Counted from the first letter of the stretch, positions 20,575 through 32,161 are shown. The stretch: 64,000 bases of DNA from an uncultured Chloroflexia bacterium (GCA_963707215.1 CAVPPB010000003.1:1056001-1120000), one strand, 5' to 3'. Numbers and translations: made by a program. The notes: a model not told the origin generated them from the letters alone.

Positions 20575-21312
20575 TCACCCGAGGGGCTCCTGCGGACGAC
20601 CGGCCAGGTCGGCGGCCCGCCCGAGCACCGCCTCGAGCATGACCGGCGTGAGCCGACCGGTGAAGGTGTTCTGCTGGCTGGGGTGGTAGGAGCCCAGCAT
20701 GCGGTACGGCCCGATCCGGACCTCGGCGGCGTGCCCGAAGCGCGGTCGGGGCCTGGGGATGGCCTGGCCCGTTGCGGCGAGGACCCGTAGCGTCGCGTCC
20801 CAGCCGAACGCTCCCAGGGCGACGATCACCTCCACCCTCGAGAGGAGCCCGAGCTCGCGGGCCAGGTAGGGAAGACAGCGATCTCGTTCCTCGATGGTCG
20901 GTCGGTTGGCCGGCGGTGCGCAGCGCACCGCGGCAGCGATGTAGGCGTCGGTCAGCGTGAGACCGTCGTCGGCCCGCCGCGACGAGGCCCTGTCGGCGAA
21001 GCCGGTCGCGTGGAGGGCGGTCCACAGGACGTCACCCGAACGGTCCCCGGTGAAGACCCGGCCGGTCCGGTTGCCGCCGTGGGCCGCCGGCGCGAGCCCG
21101 ACGACGAGGACCCGAGCCGACGGGTCGCCGAAGCCCGGGACCGGGCGCCCCCAGTACGGCTCGTCACGGTAGCGGGCGACCTTCTCCGCGGCCTGACGCT
21201 CGCGCCACTCGACGAGCCGGGGGCAGGCCCGACAGGCGGCGATGGCGGTCGACAGCGCGGCGAGATCGGTCGCCGCGGCGGCCCTGGCCACCGGGTCGTC
21301 CGGCCCGGTCAT
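20575..21312 (-). CDS. Uracil-DNA glycosylase family 5 (UdgB-like, Fe-S)
   Basis: CRACPRL, GLAPAAHGGNRTGRVFTGDRSG, RCAPPANRP, YHPSQQN. Confidence 0.93.
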   Translation of the reverse strand: MTGPDDPVARAAAATDLAALSTAIAACRACPRLVEWRERQAAEKVARYRDEPYWGRPVPGFGDPSARVLVVGLAPAAHGGNRTGRVFTGDRSGDVLWTALHATGFADRASSRRADDGLTLTDAYIAAAVRCAPPANRPTIEERDRCLPYLARELGLLSRVEVIVALGAFGWDATLRVLAATGQAIPRPRPRFGHAAEVRIGPYRMLGSYHPSQQNTFTGRLTPVMLEAVLGRAADLAGRPQEPLG

Positions 21313-21533
21313 GGCTGGGGCCGGCGGCGGCGGGCCAGGCGCCCGAGCAGGACGATCACGACGATCCCGATCAGGCCGAGAGCGGGCGGCCCGATGCTCA
21401 CGGCCTCCCCGAGACCGCCGCCGGCCGACATCGGAGTCCCGGAGGGCTCCAGCGTGGCGGCCAGGACGGACGCGGGGGCGGCCGCGGCGACGATCAGAAC
21501 CAGCGCGAGAGCCCTGACGATGCAGACGGTCAC
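21309..21533 (-). CDS. Small protein: signal peptide + C-terminal TM + Arg tail
   Basis: 74 aa with two hydrophobic segments and RRRRP end; stop overlaps the UDG start (ATGA). Confidence 0.55.
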   Translation of the reverse strand: MTVCIVRALALVLIVAAAAPASVLAATLEPSGTPMSAGGGLGEAVSIGPPALGLIGIVVIVLLGRLARRRRPQP

Positions 21534-21591
21534 GAGGAGTCGGCCGACGCCACGGCGCGCCGGGCGGCCGGGAGGGGCGCTCGACGGTCCA

Positions 21592-22392
21592 TCACTTCAT
21601 CAGGAGGCGGTCGAGCCGCGACCCCACGACGGCCAGGCCGGCGAGGCCCATCGCCAGCAGGTAGGCGACCCGCACGACGATCGTCGGCTCCACGAGACCC
21701 GTCGTGAGCTGGCGGAGCAGGTCGACACCCTGGTAGAGCGGGGTCAGCGAGACGACGAGCTGGAGTGGCTCAGGATAGGCGCTGAGCGGGTAGAAGGTCG
21801 CCGAGAACAGGAAGAGCGGCAGGATGACGACGAAGATGAGGTCGAAGTCCTGCCAGGTCCGCATCCAGGTCGTCAGCGCCATGCCGGCGGCCGCGAAGGC
21901 GAAGCCGATCAGGAGCGCCCCGGGGATGGCCAGCACCGCGAGCGGCGACAGGGCCAGGCCGAGCAGGATCATGACGGCGAGGAACCCCGTCGCGTACAGC
22001 CCGCCGCGGATGAGGGACCAGCCGACCTCGCCGACCGCGACGTCGCCGATCCCCATCGGCGTCGAGACGATCGCGTCGTAGGTCCTGGCGTATTTGAGCT
22101 TGAAGAAGACGTTGAAGGTGGACTCGAAGACCGCCCCGTTCATGGCCGAGGTCGCCAGCAGGCCGGGCGCGACGAACACGGCGTAGGGCAGCTCCTGGCC
22201 GCCGGGGCCGGGCACGCTGCCGATGAGCGCCCCCAGGCCGAAGCCAAGGCCGAGCAGGTAGAAGAGCGGCTCGAAGAAGCCTGACACGAGGACCAGCCAG
22301 GTCCGCCGGTAGACCATGACGTTGCGCTCGATGAGCCGGTCGGCCCGAGCGCCGAAGGCGGCCGGCGGCAGGATCCGCGTCGCGATGGCCAT
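21592..22392 (-). CDS. ABC-2 exporter permease (NodJ/DrrB-like)
   Basis: FEPLFYLLGLGFGLG, FVAPGLLA, FLFSATFYPL; start MAIATRIL. Confidence 0.9.
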   Translation of the reverse strand: MAIATRILPPAAFGARADRLIERNVMVYRRTWLVLVSGFFEPLFYLLGLGFGLGALIGSVPGPGGQELPYAVFVAPGLLATSAMNGAVFESTFNVFFKLKYARTYDAIVSTPMGIGDVAVGEVGWSLIRGGLYATGFLAVMILLGLALSPLAVLAIPGALLIGFAFAAAGMALTTWMRTWQDFDLIFVVILPLFLFSATFYPLSAYPEPLQLVVSLTPLYQGVDLLRQLTTGLVEPTIVVRVAYLLAMGLAGLAVVGSRLDRLLMK

Positions 22393-22394
22393 CG

Positions 22395-23171
22395 TCAGCG
22401 CTCCAGGGCCCGGCGGAAGGTCACCGACGCGGCGGCGAGCCCCGCCAGGCCGAAGCCGACGAGGACCGCGACGTGGATCGCCGCCAGCGCCGGCTCGGCC
22501 GTGCCGAGGACCAGCGATCGGATCAGGTCGACGCCGTGCCAGAGCGGGGTCAGATAGGCGACCAGCCGCAGCAGCTCGGGCAGCTGCTCGACCGGGAAGA
22601 AGGTCCCCGAGAAGATGAACAGGGGCGTGATCCCGAAGCGGAAGATCGCGTTGAAGCCCTGGTCGTTCCGCTGAGTCGCCGTGAAGGCGATGACGGGCGC
22701 GGCGAAGGCGAGGCCGGTCAGGACCGCCGCCGGTACCGCCAGGAGAGCCAACGGTGCGGCCGTCAGGCCGAAGACGGCCATGACGGCCAGGAAGACGCTG
22801 CTGGCAAGGGCCAGGCGGACAGCCACCCAGCCCAGCTCCCCGACGACGATACCCGGGATCGAGACGGGGGTGGCCAGCATTCCCTGGTAGACCCGGTTCC
22901 AGCGGATCCGGCCCATGATCGTGTAGGTGACGGCGAAGGCGCCGACCTGCATCGCCTGAGCCGCCATCAGGCCGGGTGCCAACCACTCCGCGTAGGGCAC
23001 GCCTCCGAGGACCTCCTCGGCGGTGCCGGCGGCGTCGACGAAGCGTCCCACCCCGAAGCCCATGGCCGCCAGGTAGAGGACCGGGCTCAGGAACATCGTG
23101 GTGAGACCACCGCGCCATGTCTGCCGGTAGACCCGGGCGTTGTACTCGAGCACGCGGGCCGTGGCGCTCAT
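22395..23171 (-). CDS. ABC-2 exporter permease (NodJ/DrrB-like)
   Basis: PVLYLAAMGFGVG, LAPGLMA, FIFSGTFFPV, TPLWHGV. Confidence 0.9.
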   Translation of the reverse strand: MSATARVLEYNARVYRQTWRGGLTTMFLSPVLYLAAMGFGVGRFVDAAGTAEEVLGGVPYAEWLAPGLMAAQAMQVGAFAVTYTIMGRIRWNRVYQGMLATPVSIPGIVVGELGWVAVRLALASSVFLAVMAVFGLTAAPLALLAVPAAVLTGLAFAAPVIAFTATQRNDQGFNAIFRFGITPLFIFSGTFFPVEQLPELLRLVAYLTPLWHGVDLIRSLVLGTAEPALAAIHVAVLVGFGLAGLAAASVTFRRALER

Positions 23172-23178
23172 CGGGTGG

Positions 23179-24123
23179 TCACTCGACGAGCGAGCGGCCG
23201 GTCAGCCGCAGGAAGACGTCCTCGAGCGTCGAGCGGCGGACGAGCGCCGTCTGCGGCTGGAAGCCGGCTTCGCGGGTCGCGACCAGGGTCCTCTCGCCAT
23301 CGTCGGAGTAGAGCAGGACCCGGTCGGGCAGCCGTTCGACGCGGGCGGCCAGCCCGTCCAGGGATCCGTCGAGCGTGTCCTGGACGCCGGGCGGGAACCG
23401 CAGCTCGGTCACGTCCCGGGTGGAGTAGCGGTCGATCAGCTCGCGCGGCGACCCCTCGGCCACGATGCGGGCCTTGTCCATCACGACGAGCCGATCGCAG
23501 AGCTGCTCGGCCTCGTCCATGTAGTGGGTCGTCAGGACCAGGGTCACGCCACGCTGCTTGAGCCGGTAGAGACGGTCCCAGAGGAGATGGCGGGCCTGCG
23601 GGTCGAGGCCCGTCGTCGGCTCGTCGAGGAGCAGCAGGTCGGGTTCGTTGATCAGCGACCGGGCGATCGTGAGCCGGCGCTTCATGCCGCCCGACAGCGG
23701 CTCCACCTGGCTGTCGGCGCGGTCGAGGAGCTGGACGAAATCCAGCAGCCCGTCGGCGCGGCGCCGGGCCTCGGCTCGCGACAGGTCGAAGTAGCGACCG
23801 TAGATGACGAGGTTCTCGCGGACCGACAGCTCCATGTCGAGCGTGTCCTGCTGCGGGACCACCCCGAGGCGGGCCTTGATCAAGGCCCCGTCGGTGGCCG
23901 GGTCCATGCCCAGCACCCGGAGCGTCCCCGCGGTGACCGGCGAGACGCAGCCGATCATCCGCATCGCCGAGGTCTTCCCGGCCCCGTTCGGGCCAAGGAA
24001 CCCGAAGGCCTCCCCGGGCGCGACGTCGAAGTCGATCGCGTCCACGGCGGTCAGGGCGCCGAAGCGCTTCGTGAGGTCGCGGGCGTGGATGAGCGGGTCG
24101 GTGGATCCGGAGGCGGCGGACAC
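23179..24123 (-). CDS. ABC exporter ATP-binding subunit (NodI/DrrA-like)
   Basis: GPNGAGKT, LSGGMKRRL, LLLDEPTTGLD, TTHYMDEAE, STLEDVFL. Confidence 0.95.
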   Translation of the reverse strand: MSAASGSTDPLIHARDLTKRFGALTAVDAIDFDVAPGEAFGFLGPNGAGKTSAMRMIGCVSPVTAGTLRVLGMDPATDGALIKARLGVVPQQDTLDMELSVRENLVIYGRYFDLSRAEARRRADGLLDFVQLLDRADSQVEPLSGGMKRRLTIARSLINEPDLLLLDEPTTGLDPQARHLLWDRLYRLKQRGVTLVLTTHYMDEAEQLCDRLVVMDKARIVAEGSPRELIDRYSTRDVTELRFPPGVQDTLDGSLDGLAARVERLPDRVLLYSDDGERTLVATREAGFQPQTALVRRSTLEDVFLRLTGRSLVE

Positions 24124-24202
24124 GGGGCCGAATCCTACTCCGGGGTCGTCGGACGCGCGGCCGTGCAGGCCCCGCCCGGGCTCGACCGCCGCGTGGCGGC
24201 GG

Positions 24203-25201
24203 CTACTCGCCGGCGGTCGGCGGGCCGGCCAGGAGCTCCGAGTGCGACGCCGGCTCGAACGAGGCGAACGACCGATGCCAGGTGAAGTCGGGCCAGCGGT
24301 ACTCGACCCGGCCCTCCGTCGGGTGGAAGACCGCGGTGTAGAGCGTCCCGAAGTGCCCCGTGCCGGCGGAGTCGCGCAGCGGCGGGCGGAGGAAGGCGGC
24401 GACGAAATCGTCGGGTCCGACGTAGGGATCGGCGAGCAGGGCGGCGATGAGCCCCTCCCGCTCATGAGAGCGGGTCGCGGTCGTGTACTCGGGCCAATCG
24501 AGGACGTCCTGGTGGTTCGTGGCGACGGCGACCGGCGCGAAGACCGGGTCGCGGTCCGGGGCCAGGTAGGCGGTGATGACCTGGCCGGCCGCATCGACGA
24601 GGGTGAGGTTGTGGGCCAGGTTCACCGGCAGCGCGCTCAGGCGACCCATCGCCGCGGCCACCGTGGAGCAGGTCTCCAGCAGGTAGCGGACCACGAGCGG
24701 GATCCCGAAGCCGTGCCCCAGGACGGCCCGCCCGCCGAAGGTCAGCGAGACCGCCAGGCCGTCCTCGTTCATCCCATCGAGCAGGCCCCAGAGCATGTCG
24801 CTCATGCCGATCACCCGGCGGCCCGTCCAGGCGCTCGACCAGACGATGCCCTCGAGCCGGTCCGGTCGGTAGTCGTAGTTCCGGACGAGCATCGGAGCGG
24901 TCCGCGTCCAGGCCCCCTGGGAGCAGGCCGCCAGGAACGGCGGCGGGTCGACCATCGAGAGCATCCGGGCGGCGACGTCACCGCCGCCGGCCAGCTCGCA
25001 GAGCGTCCCGTACAGCGGCAGCAGCTCGGGCATGTGGGTCTCGAGCATCCGGAGACCCTCCGCGTAGCTCGTCCGGGCCGAGTCGCCCTCACGAAGGAAC
25101 CAGCTCCGGTAGCCGGGCCAGAGCTCCTCGAAGACCCCCTGCCAGACCGGGCCCGGGATCGTCTCGGCCAGCGCCCGGAAGACGGATGGCTGGATCGTCA
25201 C
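24203..25201 (-). CDS. Peptidase C45 / Ntn-fold autoproteolytic acyltransferase-hydrolase
   Basis: HMPEL, A|CSQ nucleophile site, LVRNYDY, LDGMNEDGLAVSLTFGG, ATNHQ. Confidence 0.85.
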   Translation of the reverse strand: MTIQPSVFRALAETIPGPVWQGVFEELWPGYRSWFLREGDSARTSYAEGLRMLETHMPELLPLYGTLCELAGGGDVAARMLSMVDPPPFLAACSQGAWTRTAPMLVRNYDYRPDRLEGIVWSSAWTGRRVIGMSDMLWGLLDGMNEDGLAVSLTFGGRAVLGHGFGIPLVVRYLLETCSTVAAAMGRLSALPVNLAHNLTLVDAAGQVITAYLAPDRDPVFAPVAVATNHQDVLDWPEYTTATRSHEREGLIAALLADPYVGPDDFVAAFLRPPLRDSAGTGHFGTLYTAVFHPTEGRVEYRWPDFTWHRSFASFEPASHSELLAGPPTAGE

Positions 25202-25208
25202 CGCCGAC

Positions 25209-26951
25209 CTAGAGGAGCTTGAAGCCGAAGGGATCCGGGTGCGGCACCGGGATCGCCTCCGACTCGTCGTGCGGCGTGGCCTGGAACTCCGCCTCGAGAC
25301 CACGGATCCAGGCCCGGGTCCGGTCGGTCAGCTCGTAGTCGTCGGTCATGAAGCGCCCGCGCGAGACGAGGATGCCGAGGTCGGCACCGTGGTAGCGGTA
25401 GCCGCCCGGCCCGGCGATCCGGAGGTAGAAGGCCTCCGACTCGTCCTCGACCCGATGCCAGTCGGTGGCCGGGCGCGAGAAGGACAACGAGCCGTCGGCG
25501 CCAAGTCGCCAGATGCCCGACCGGGGAGCCTTCGTCAGCAGGGCGACCTGGTCGCCAGTGTCCTTGATCACGACCTGGGCCCAGCTGTCCATCCGGGCAC
25601 CCAGGCTCGCCCAGCGTGCGTTCAGATCGTCCACGTCGAGCTCGTACTCGACGTCCATGAACTCGAGCAGGTGGAAGAGGAACAGCGGCATGTCGCCGTA
25701 GGCCACGGCCGAGACGTTGGTGATGGAGGATGCGCCGGTGACCCGCGGGTTGAGCTCGCCCAGCCAGAGGTCGCCGGTCCCGGCGTCGAGCAGGAAGTCG
25801 AGCTCGAAGTAGCCGCGGTAGCCCTCCTGGCGGAGTCGCTCCCCCATCGCCCGGGTCCGCTCGCGGGCGACCTGCTCGAGGCCACCGCCGACCGGCAGGC
25901 CGAAGACCTCGTCACCGCACCAGCCACCGCCGTACGGGGTCAGCTCCGGGAAGCCGGCCAGCTCGGTCATCAAGGGTCCCACCAGCGTGCCGTGCCGGGT
26001 CACCACTCCTTCGATGGCCAGCTCCCGCGGCTCGATCCGGCGCATGATCTTCAGCTCGTGACCCTTGAGCTCGTCGACGTGCGTCTTCCAGTCGGCCTCG
26101 GCCGAGACGAAGAAGGTCGTCTTGCCGGAGTCGCCGTAGGGTGTCTGGACCACGAGGTCGGGCCCCAGGTCGGCGTCCTCGGCGAGCTTGCGGAGGGCCC
26201 GGTAGCTCTTCGCCCGGCCCAGGACGTTGGGGACCGAGGGCACGCCGGCCTCGTTGCCCAGCCGGGTCGTCTCGACCTTGGAATCCAGCCGGTGGCGCAG
26301 CTCGGCGGAGGGGAAGGCGACCCGCAAGCCGGCGTCCTCGGCCAGGCGCTCGGTCGATTCCTCGAACATGAGGAACGTCGCCAGGCCCGCGTCGGCGGCC
26401 CCGGGCGGCCGACGGGCCGCGATGTAGTCGCGGACCTCCTTGTGGCCCAGGAGGTAGTCGTTGATCTCCTCGATCGAGCCGAAGGCGCGCGGCTCGCGCT
26501 CGCGGGGCACGAAGACGCTCGGGTGACCACCGTCGAACGTGTCGTAGTAGCTGATGAACCGGAAGTTGCGGACCCAGCGATCGATGCCCAGGAGGTTGAA
26601 GGCGGTCGCCGAGATGAAGTAGACGGGGGTCTCGCTGGTCCGGAAGAAGGCCCGGATGTCGGCCAGTCCACGGAGCACCCCGTCGTCATCGGACCGGCGC
26701 CGGCGGCGGGGTGGGGTGGTCGCACCTTCGTCGGTCGATGCGGCGGTCGAGGCCGCCGCCGCTCCGGGCGGGGCAGCGTCCGCACGGGCCGCGGCCCCGG
26801 CCGATGCCGTCTCCCCGGTCGGTCGACCCTTCCGTCCGAGCGCCCGGTCGCCGGCCTCGAAGCGGCGACGGGCCTGGATGGCCCGGGTCGCGACGGCGAC
26901 GGCGACCCCGGCGACCACCCCGAGGGTCGCGATGACGAGTCGGCGGAGCAT
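25209..26951 (-). CDS. ATP-grasp carboxylate-amine ligase (family often labelled biotin carboxylase-like) with hydrophobic N-terminus
   Basis: LDSKVET..LG..AGVPSVP, VVQTPYGDSGKTTFF, GYRGYFELDFL, GELNPRVTG; GGGAGG RBS before ATG 26951. Confidence 0.8.
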   Translation of the reverse strand: MLRRLVIATLGVVAGVAVAVATRAIQARRRFEAGDRALGRKGRPTGETASAGAAARADAAPPGAAAASTAASTDEGATTPPRRRRRSDDDGVLRGLADIRAFFRTSETPVYFISATAFNLLGIDRWVRNFRFISYYDTFDGGHPSVFVPREREPRAFGSIEEINDYLLGHKEVRDYIAARRPPGAADAGLATFLMFEESTERLAEDAGLRVAFPSAELRHRLDSKVETTRLGNEAGVPSVPNVLGRAKSYRALRKLAEDADLGPDLVVQTPYGDSGKTTFFVSAEADWKTHVDELKGHELKIMRRIEPRELAIEGVVTRHGTLVGPLMTELAGFPELTPYGGGWCGDEVFGLPVGGGLEQVARERTRAMGERLRQEGYRGYFELDFLLDAGTGDLWLGELNPRVTGASSITNVSAVAYGDMPLFLFHLLEFMDVEYELDVDDLNARWASLGARMDSWAQVVIKDTGDQVALLTKAPRSGIWRLGADGSLSFSRPATDWHRVEDESEAFYLRIAGPGGYRYHGADLGILVSRGRFMTDDYELTDRTRAWIRGLEAEFQATPHDESEAIPVPHPDPFGFKLL

Positions 26952-27050
26952 GCGGACCCTCCCGTTCCGACCGAAGGGGGACGAGCCTAGCACCCCGACG
27001 TACGGCCCGAACGGTCCCGACCGACACGCGACCCCTCGCCTGACGCAGCG

Positions 27051-27078
27051 GGGCCCGCGGCGTCGCCGCCGCGGGCCC
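27051..27078 (-). terminator. Perfect 12-bp hairpin after dnaK
   Basis: GGGCCCGCGGCG-tcgc-CGCCGCGGGCCC; no U tract. Confidence 0.55.
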
Positions 27079-27108
27079 GGATCGAACCGTGGTCGGCCCC
27101 AGCCGGGG

Positions 27109-29046
<1,938 letters not shown>

Positions 29047-29056
29047 GCGATGGCTC

Positions 29057-29653
29057 CTAGAGATTGCTGTCGGTGAAGGGATGGTCGGATGGTCCGCCGT
29101 CACCCGGAGCCGGCGAGCCGGCGGCGACGGCGACGAGCGCCGGCCGGATGATCCGGTCGCGGAGGCGATAGCCCCGCCGGACCTCCTCGACGATCGTGCC
29201 CTCCGGCTGGCCCGATCCGGGCACGTTGGCGATCGCCTCGTGCTCGGCCGGGTCGAACGGACGACCCGGGATGGCCTCGATCGGGCTCACGCCCTCGCTC
29301 TCGAGGAGGAGCCGGAGCTTGCGGTCGATGGCCGCGACGCCCTCCGCCCATGGCTCGTCGGCCAGGGACTCGGGCCGTGCCTCGACGGCCCGATCGAAGT
29401 CATCGGCGAGGGCCAGCACCTTGCGGATCAGGTCCTCGCCGGCCAGCCCGAGCATGGCCTCGCGCTCGAGCTCGGAGCGGCGGCGGTAGTTGTTGAAGTC
29501 GGCGCGCTCGCGCTGGAGCGCCGCCAGGTACTCCTCGGCCTGTCGCCCGGCGGCGTCGAGCTCGCCTGTGAGGCGCTCGATCTCGGCCACCAGGGCGGTC
29601 GGCGAGATGTCGATGTCTTCGGCGCGCTGCTGGGCGCGGGTCTTGCGGGTCAT
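29057..29653 (-). CDS. grpE: Nucleotide exchange factor GrpE
   Basis: [41 protein letters not shown]. Confidence 0.97.
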   Translation of the reverse strand: MTRKTRAQQRAEDIDISPTALVAEIERLTGELDAAGRQAEEYLAALQRERADFNNYRRRSELEREAMLGLAGEDLIRKVLALADDFDRAVEARPESLADEPWAEGVAAIDRKLRLLLESEGVSPIEAIPGRPFDPAEHEAIANVPGSGQPEGTIVEEVRRGYRLRDRIIRPALVAVAAGSPAPGDGGPSDHPFTDSNL

Positions 29654-29695
29654 CCGGTAAGGGTCACTCCTGGGGTCGGCGGTGATCGGCGGCGG

Positions 29696-30766
29696 TCACG
29701 CGTAGAGGTGGTCAACGAGCTCGTTCATGAGGCCCGAGACGAAGCGGACCGAGCCGATCGCCTGCGGATAGGCGAGCCGGGTCGGGCCGAGGACCCCGAC
29801 GACGCCGATCGCCCGGCCCTGGCGGCCGTATGGCGCCAGGACGAGGGACACCTCGGCCATCTCGTCGGTCGGGTTCTCGTGGCCGATGAAGACCACGACG
29901 CGGCCGGGGGTCGCCAGGGCGACCTGCCCGAAGAGAGCGGCCAGGGTGGCCCGGTCCTCGAGGGCCGAGAAGATCCGGCGGAGCTTGTCCGCCTCGGCGA
30001 ACTCGGGCGCCTCCATGACGTTGAGCAACCCGTCGCTGAAGAGCTCCTCGATGACCGCCGCGTCGTACTCGCGCAGGAGCGTCGCCACCCGCTCCGCCAC
30101 GCGCCGCGCCAGCCCGGGCGGATCGATCGGGGCGTCCAGGTCGTCGAGCATCGCCTCGATGCGATCGGCGTCGGCGTCGGCCAGACGATCGCTGAGTCGG
30201 TTCGCCAGCTCCGTCAGCCGGTCCTGGTCGACGGCCACGTCGAAGCCGACGAGGACCTGGCGGATCGTCCCCTCGCGGAGGACCACGATGATGCTGGCGA
30301 GCCGCTCCTGCATCGATACGAGGTCGATGCGCCGGACCCTGGCGGCCCGAGCCTTGGCCGGGGTGGCCAGGCCGGCGGCCTGGGTCACCGAGGCCAGCGT
30401 GCTCGCGGCGAGCCGGAACCAGTGCTCGCTGGCGAACTCGACCTGCCCGAACTGATGACGGATCATCAGCTGCTCGACGGCCGGCAGCGGCCTCGATTCC
30501 ACGACCGACTCGACGTACCAGCGGTAGCCGCGATCGGTCGGGATGCGCCCGGCCGAGGTGTGGGGATGGGTCAGCAGGCCGACGGCCTCGAGTTCGGCGA
30601 GGATGTTCCGGACGGTCGCCGACGAAACGCCGAGACCGTACCGGTCGACGAGAGCCTGCGAGCCGACCGGTGCCGCGCTGATGATGTATTCCTCGATGAC
30701 GGCCCGGAGGATCGCGCTCGCGCGTGGATCCAGGGGGTCGTTGGTGCGACGGACCCGTCGCGCCAT
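29696..30766 (-). CDS. hrcA: Heat-inducible transcription repressor HrcA
   Basis: PVGS, SSATVRN, HPHTSAGRIPTDRGYR, GVLGPTRL.Y. Confidence 0.97.
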   Translation of the reverse strand: MARRVRRTNDPLDPRASAILRAVIEEYIISAAPVGSQALVDRYGLGVSSATVRNILAELEAVGLLTHPHTSAGRIPTDRGYRWYVESVVESRPLPAVEQLMIRHQFGQVEFASEHWFRLAASTLASVTQAAGLATPAKARAARVRRIDLVSMQERLASIIVVLREGTIRQVLVGFDVAVDQDRLTELANRLSDRLADADADRIEAMLDDLDAPIDPPGLARRVAERVATLLREYDAAVIEELFSDGLLNVMEAPEFAEADKLRRIFSALEDRATLAALFGQVALATPGRVVVFIGHENPTDEMAEVSLVLAPYGRQGRAIGVVGVLGPTRLAYPQAIGSVRFVSGLMNELVDHLYA

Positions 30767-30816
30767 CGGCTGCTCCGTTCGCTGCGGGGAGACCCTTCAC
30801 GGGTCACGAGGGGTGA

Positions 30817-30843
30817 TTAGCACTCTCACCATGTGAGTGCTAA
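30817..30843. promoter_or_regulatory. CIRCE element (HrcA operator)
   Basis: Exact consensus TTAGCACTC-N9-GAGTGCTAA upstream of hrcA. Confidence 0.97.
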
Positions 30844-30854
30844 CCAGTGCCCGA

Positions 30855-30884
30855 ATGGTAGCAGTCGCCACCCGGGAGTGTCAA
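30855..30884 (-). promoter_or_regulatory. Sigma70-type promoter of hrcA-grpE-dnaK
   Basis: TTGACA-N18-TACCAT immediately upstream of CIRCE. Confidence 0.8.
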
Positions 30885-30897
30885 TGACGCTTCGGTC

Positions 30898-32145
30898 TCA
30901 GATGAGGCGTGCGAACACCTCGTTGGAGAGCAGGCGACCCCGGGTGGTGAGGGCGACCCGCTCGTCCGTCCCGGCGACCAGCCCGAGGCCCGCCGCCCAC
31001 TCGAGCGTCTCGTCGACCCCTGCCTCCGCGGCCCAGGAACGCGGGATGCCCTCTGTCAGGCGAAGGCCCAGGATGACCCGCTCCACGTGCCCCGCCCGCT
31101 CGTCGACGGCCTCGTCGGCTCCTGGTGGCAGGCGCGGTGAAGCGTCGTCGGCGGGATCGAGGGCCGCCAGGTAGCGATCGAGCGCGGCGGCATTCCAGCG
31201 CCGTACGACCCCGTCGAAGGCGTGGGCCCCGGGCCCGACGGCCTCATGCGGTCGGCGCTGCCAGTAGGCGAGGTTGTGGCGACTCTCGTGACCGGGCCGG
31301 GCCCAGTTGCTGATCTCGTAGGACCGCAGGCCGGCCTCGACCAGGCGCAGCTCGGCATGCTCGTACATCCCGGCGGCCCGGTCCTCGTTCTGCTCGGAAC
31401 GCGCCTGCTCGCGCCAGCGGCGGGCCCCGGGACGGGTGGGCAGGTGGTCGCCCGAGGGACCGGTGAGGCCCTCGGCGTCCGGGTCGTCAAGCGTCAGCGC
31501 GTAGAGCGACAGGTGGTCCGGCTCCACCGCCAGCGCGCGGTCGAGGGAGGCCGCCCAGCTGGCCTCGGTCTGGCCGGGGATGTCGTAGAGCAGGTCCAGG
31601 CTCACCGACCCGATGCCGGCCGCGCGGGCGCTCCGGACCGCCCCCTCGACATCCGTCGGGTCGTGACGCCGGCCCAGCCGGCGAAGCTCCGAGGGATCGA
31701 GACTCTGCGCTCCCAGCGACAGGCGGGTCACCCCGGCCTCGACGGCCGCCTCGAGGTCGCCCAGCTCCCCCGCCCCAGGGTTCGCCTCGAGCGTGACCTC
31801 GGCCTCGGGCGCCAGGCCGAACCGGGCCCGCAGCAGGTCGAGCAGCGAGCGCAGCGCCGGTCCTGGCAGGAGCGACGGGGTCCCGCCACCGATGTAGACG
31901 GAGACCAGCGGGCCCCGGCCATCGACCTCGGCGTCGGGGCCGCCCGTCGCCGGGGGACCGAAGGCTCGGTCGAGAGCGTCCGCCCGCAACCGCAGCTCGG
32001 CCCCGACCGCCCGGAGGAACCGGGGCACCCGGGAGGCGGGACCGACGGTCGCCGAGCCGGCCACGACGACGAAGTCGCAGTACGGACAGATCGACCGGCA
32101 GAACGGGACGTGGACGTAGAGCGCGACAGGGGGTGCCGGCCTCAT
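30898..32145 (-). CDS. hemW: Radical SAM heme chaperone HemW (HemN-like)
   Basis: LYVHVPFCRSICPYCDF, GGGTPS, YEISNW, HNLAYW; lepA-hemW-hrcA context. Confidence 0.9.
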   Translation of the reverse strand: MRPAPPVALYVHVPFCRSICPYCDFVVVAGSATVGPASRVPRFLRAVGAELRLRADALDRAFGPPATGGPDAEVDGRGPLVSVYIGGGTPSLLPGPALRSLLDLLRARFGLAPEAEVTLEANPGAGELGDLEAAVEAGVTRLSLGAQSLDPSELRRLGRRHDPTDVEGAVRSARAAGIGSVSLDLLYDIPGQTEASWAASLDRALAVEPDHLSLYALTLDDPDAEGLTGPSGDHLPTRPGARRWREQARSEQNEDRAAGMYEHAELRLVEAGLRSYEISNWARPGHESRHNLAYWQRRPHEAVGPGAHAFDGVVRRWNAAALDRYLAALDPADDASPRLPPGADEAVDERAGHVERVILGLRLTEGIPRSWAAEAGVDETLEWAAGLGLVAGTDERVALTTRGRLLSNEVFARLI

Positions 32146-32161
32146 TCGGAGATCCGCCGGG

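Noticed and set aside
21592-24123. Nodulation (nodIJ) genes
   Set aside because: Generic ABC-2 exporter family; no nodABC-type genes nearby
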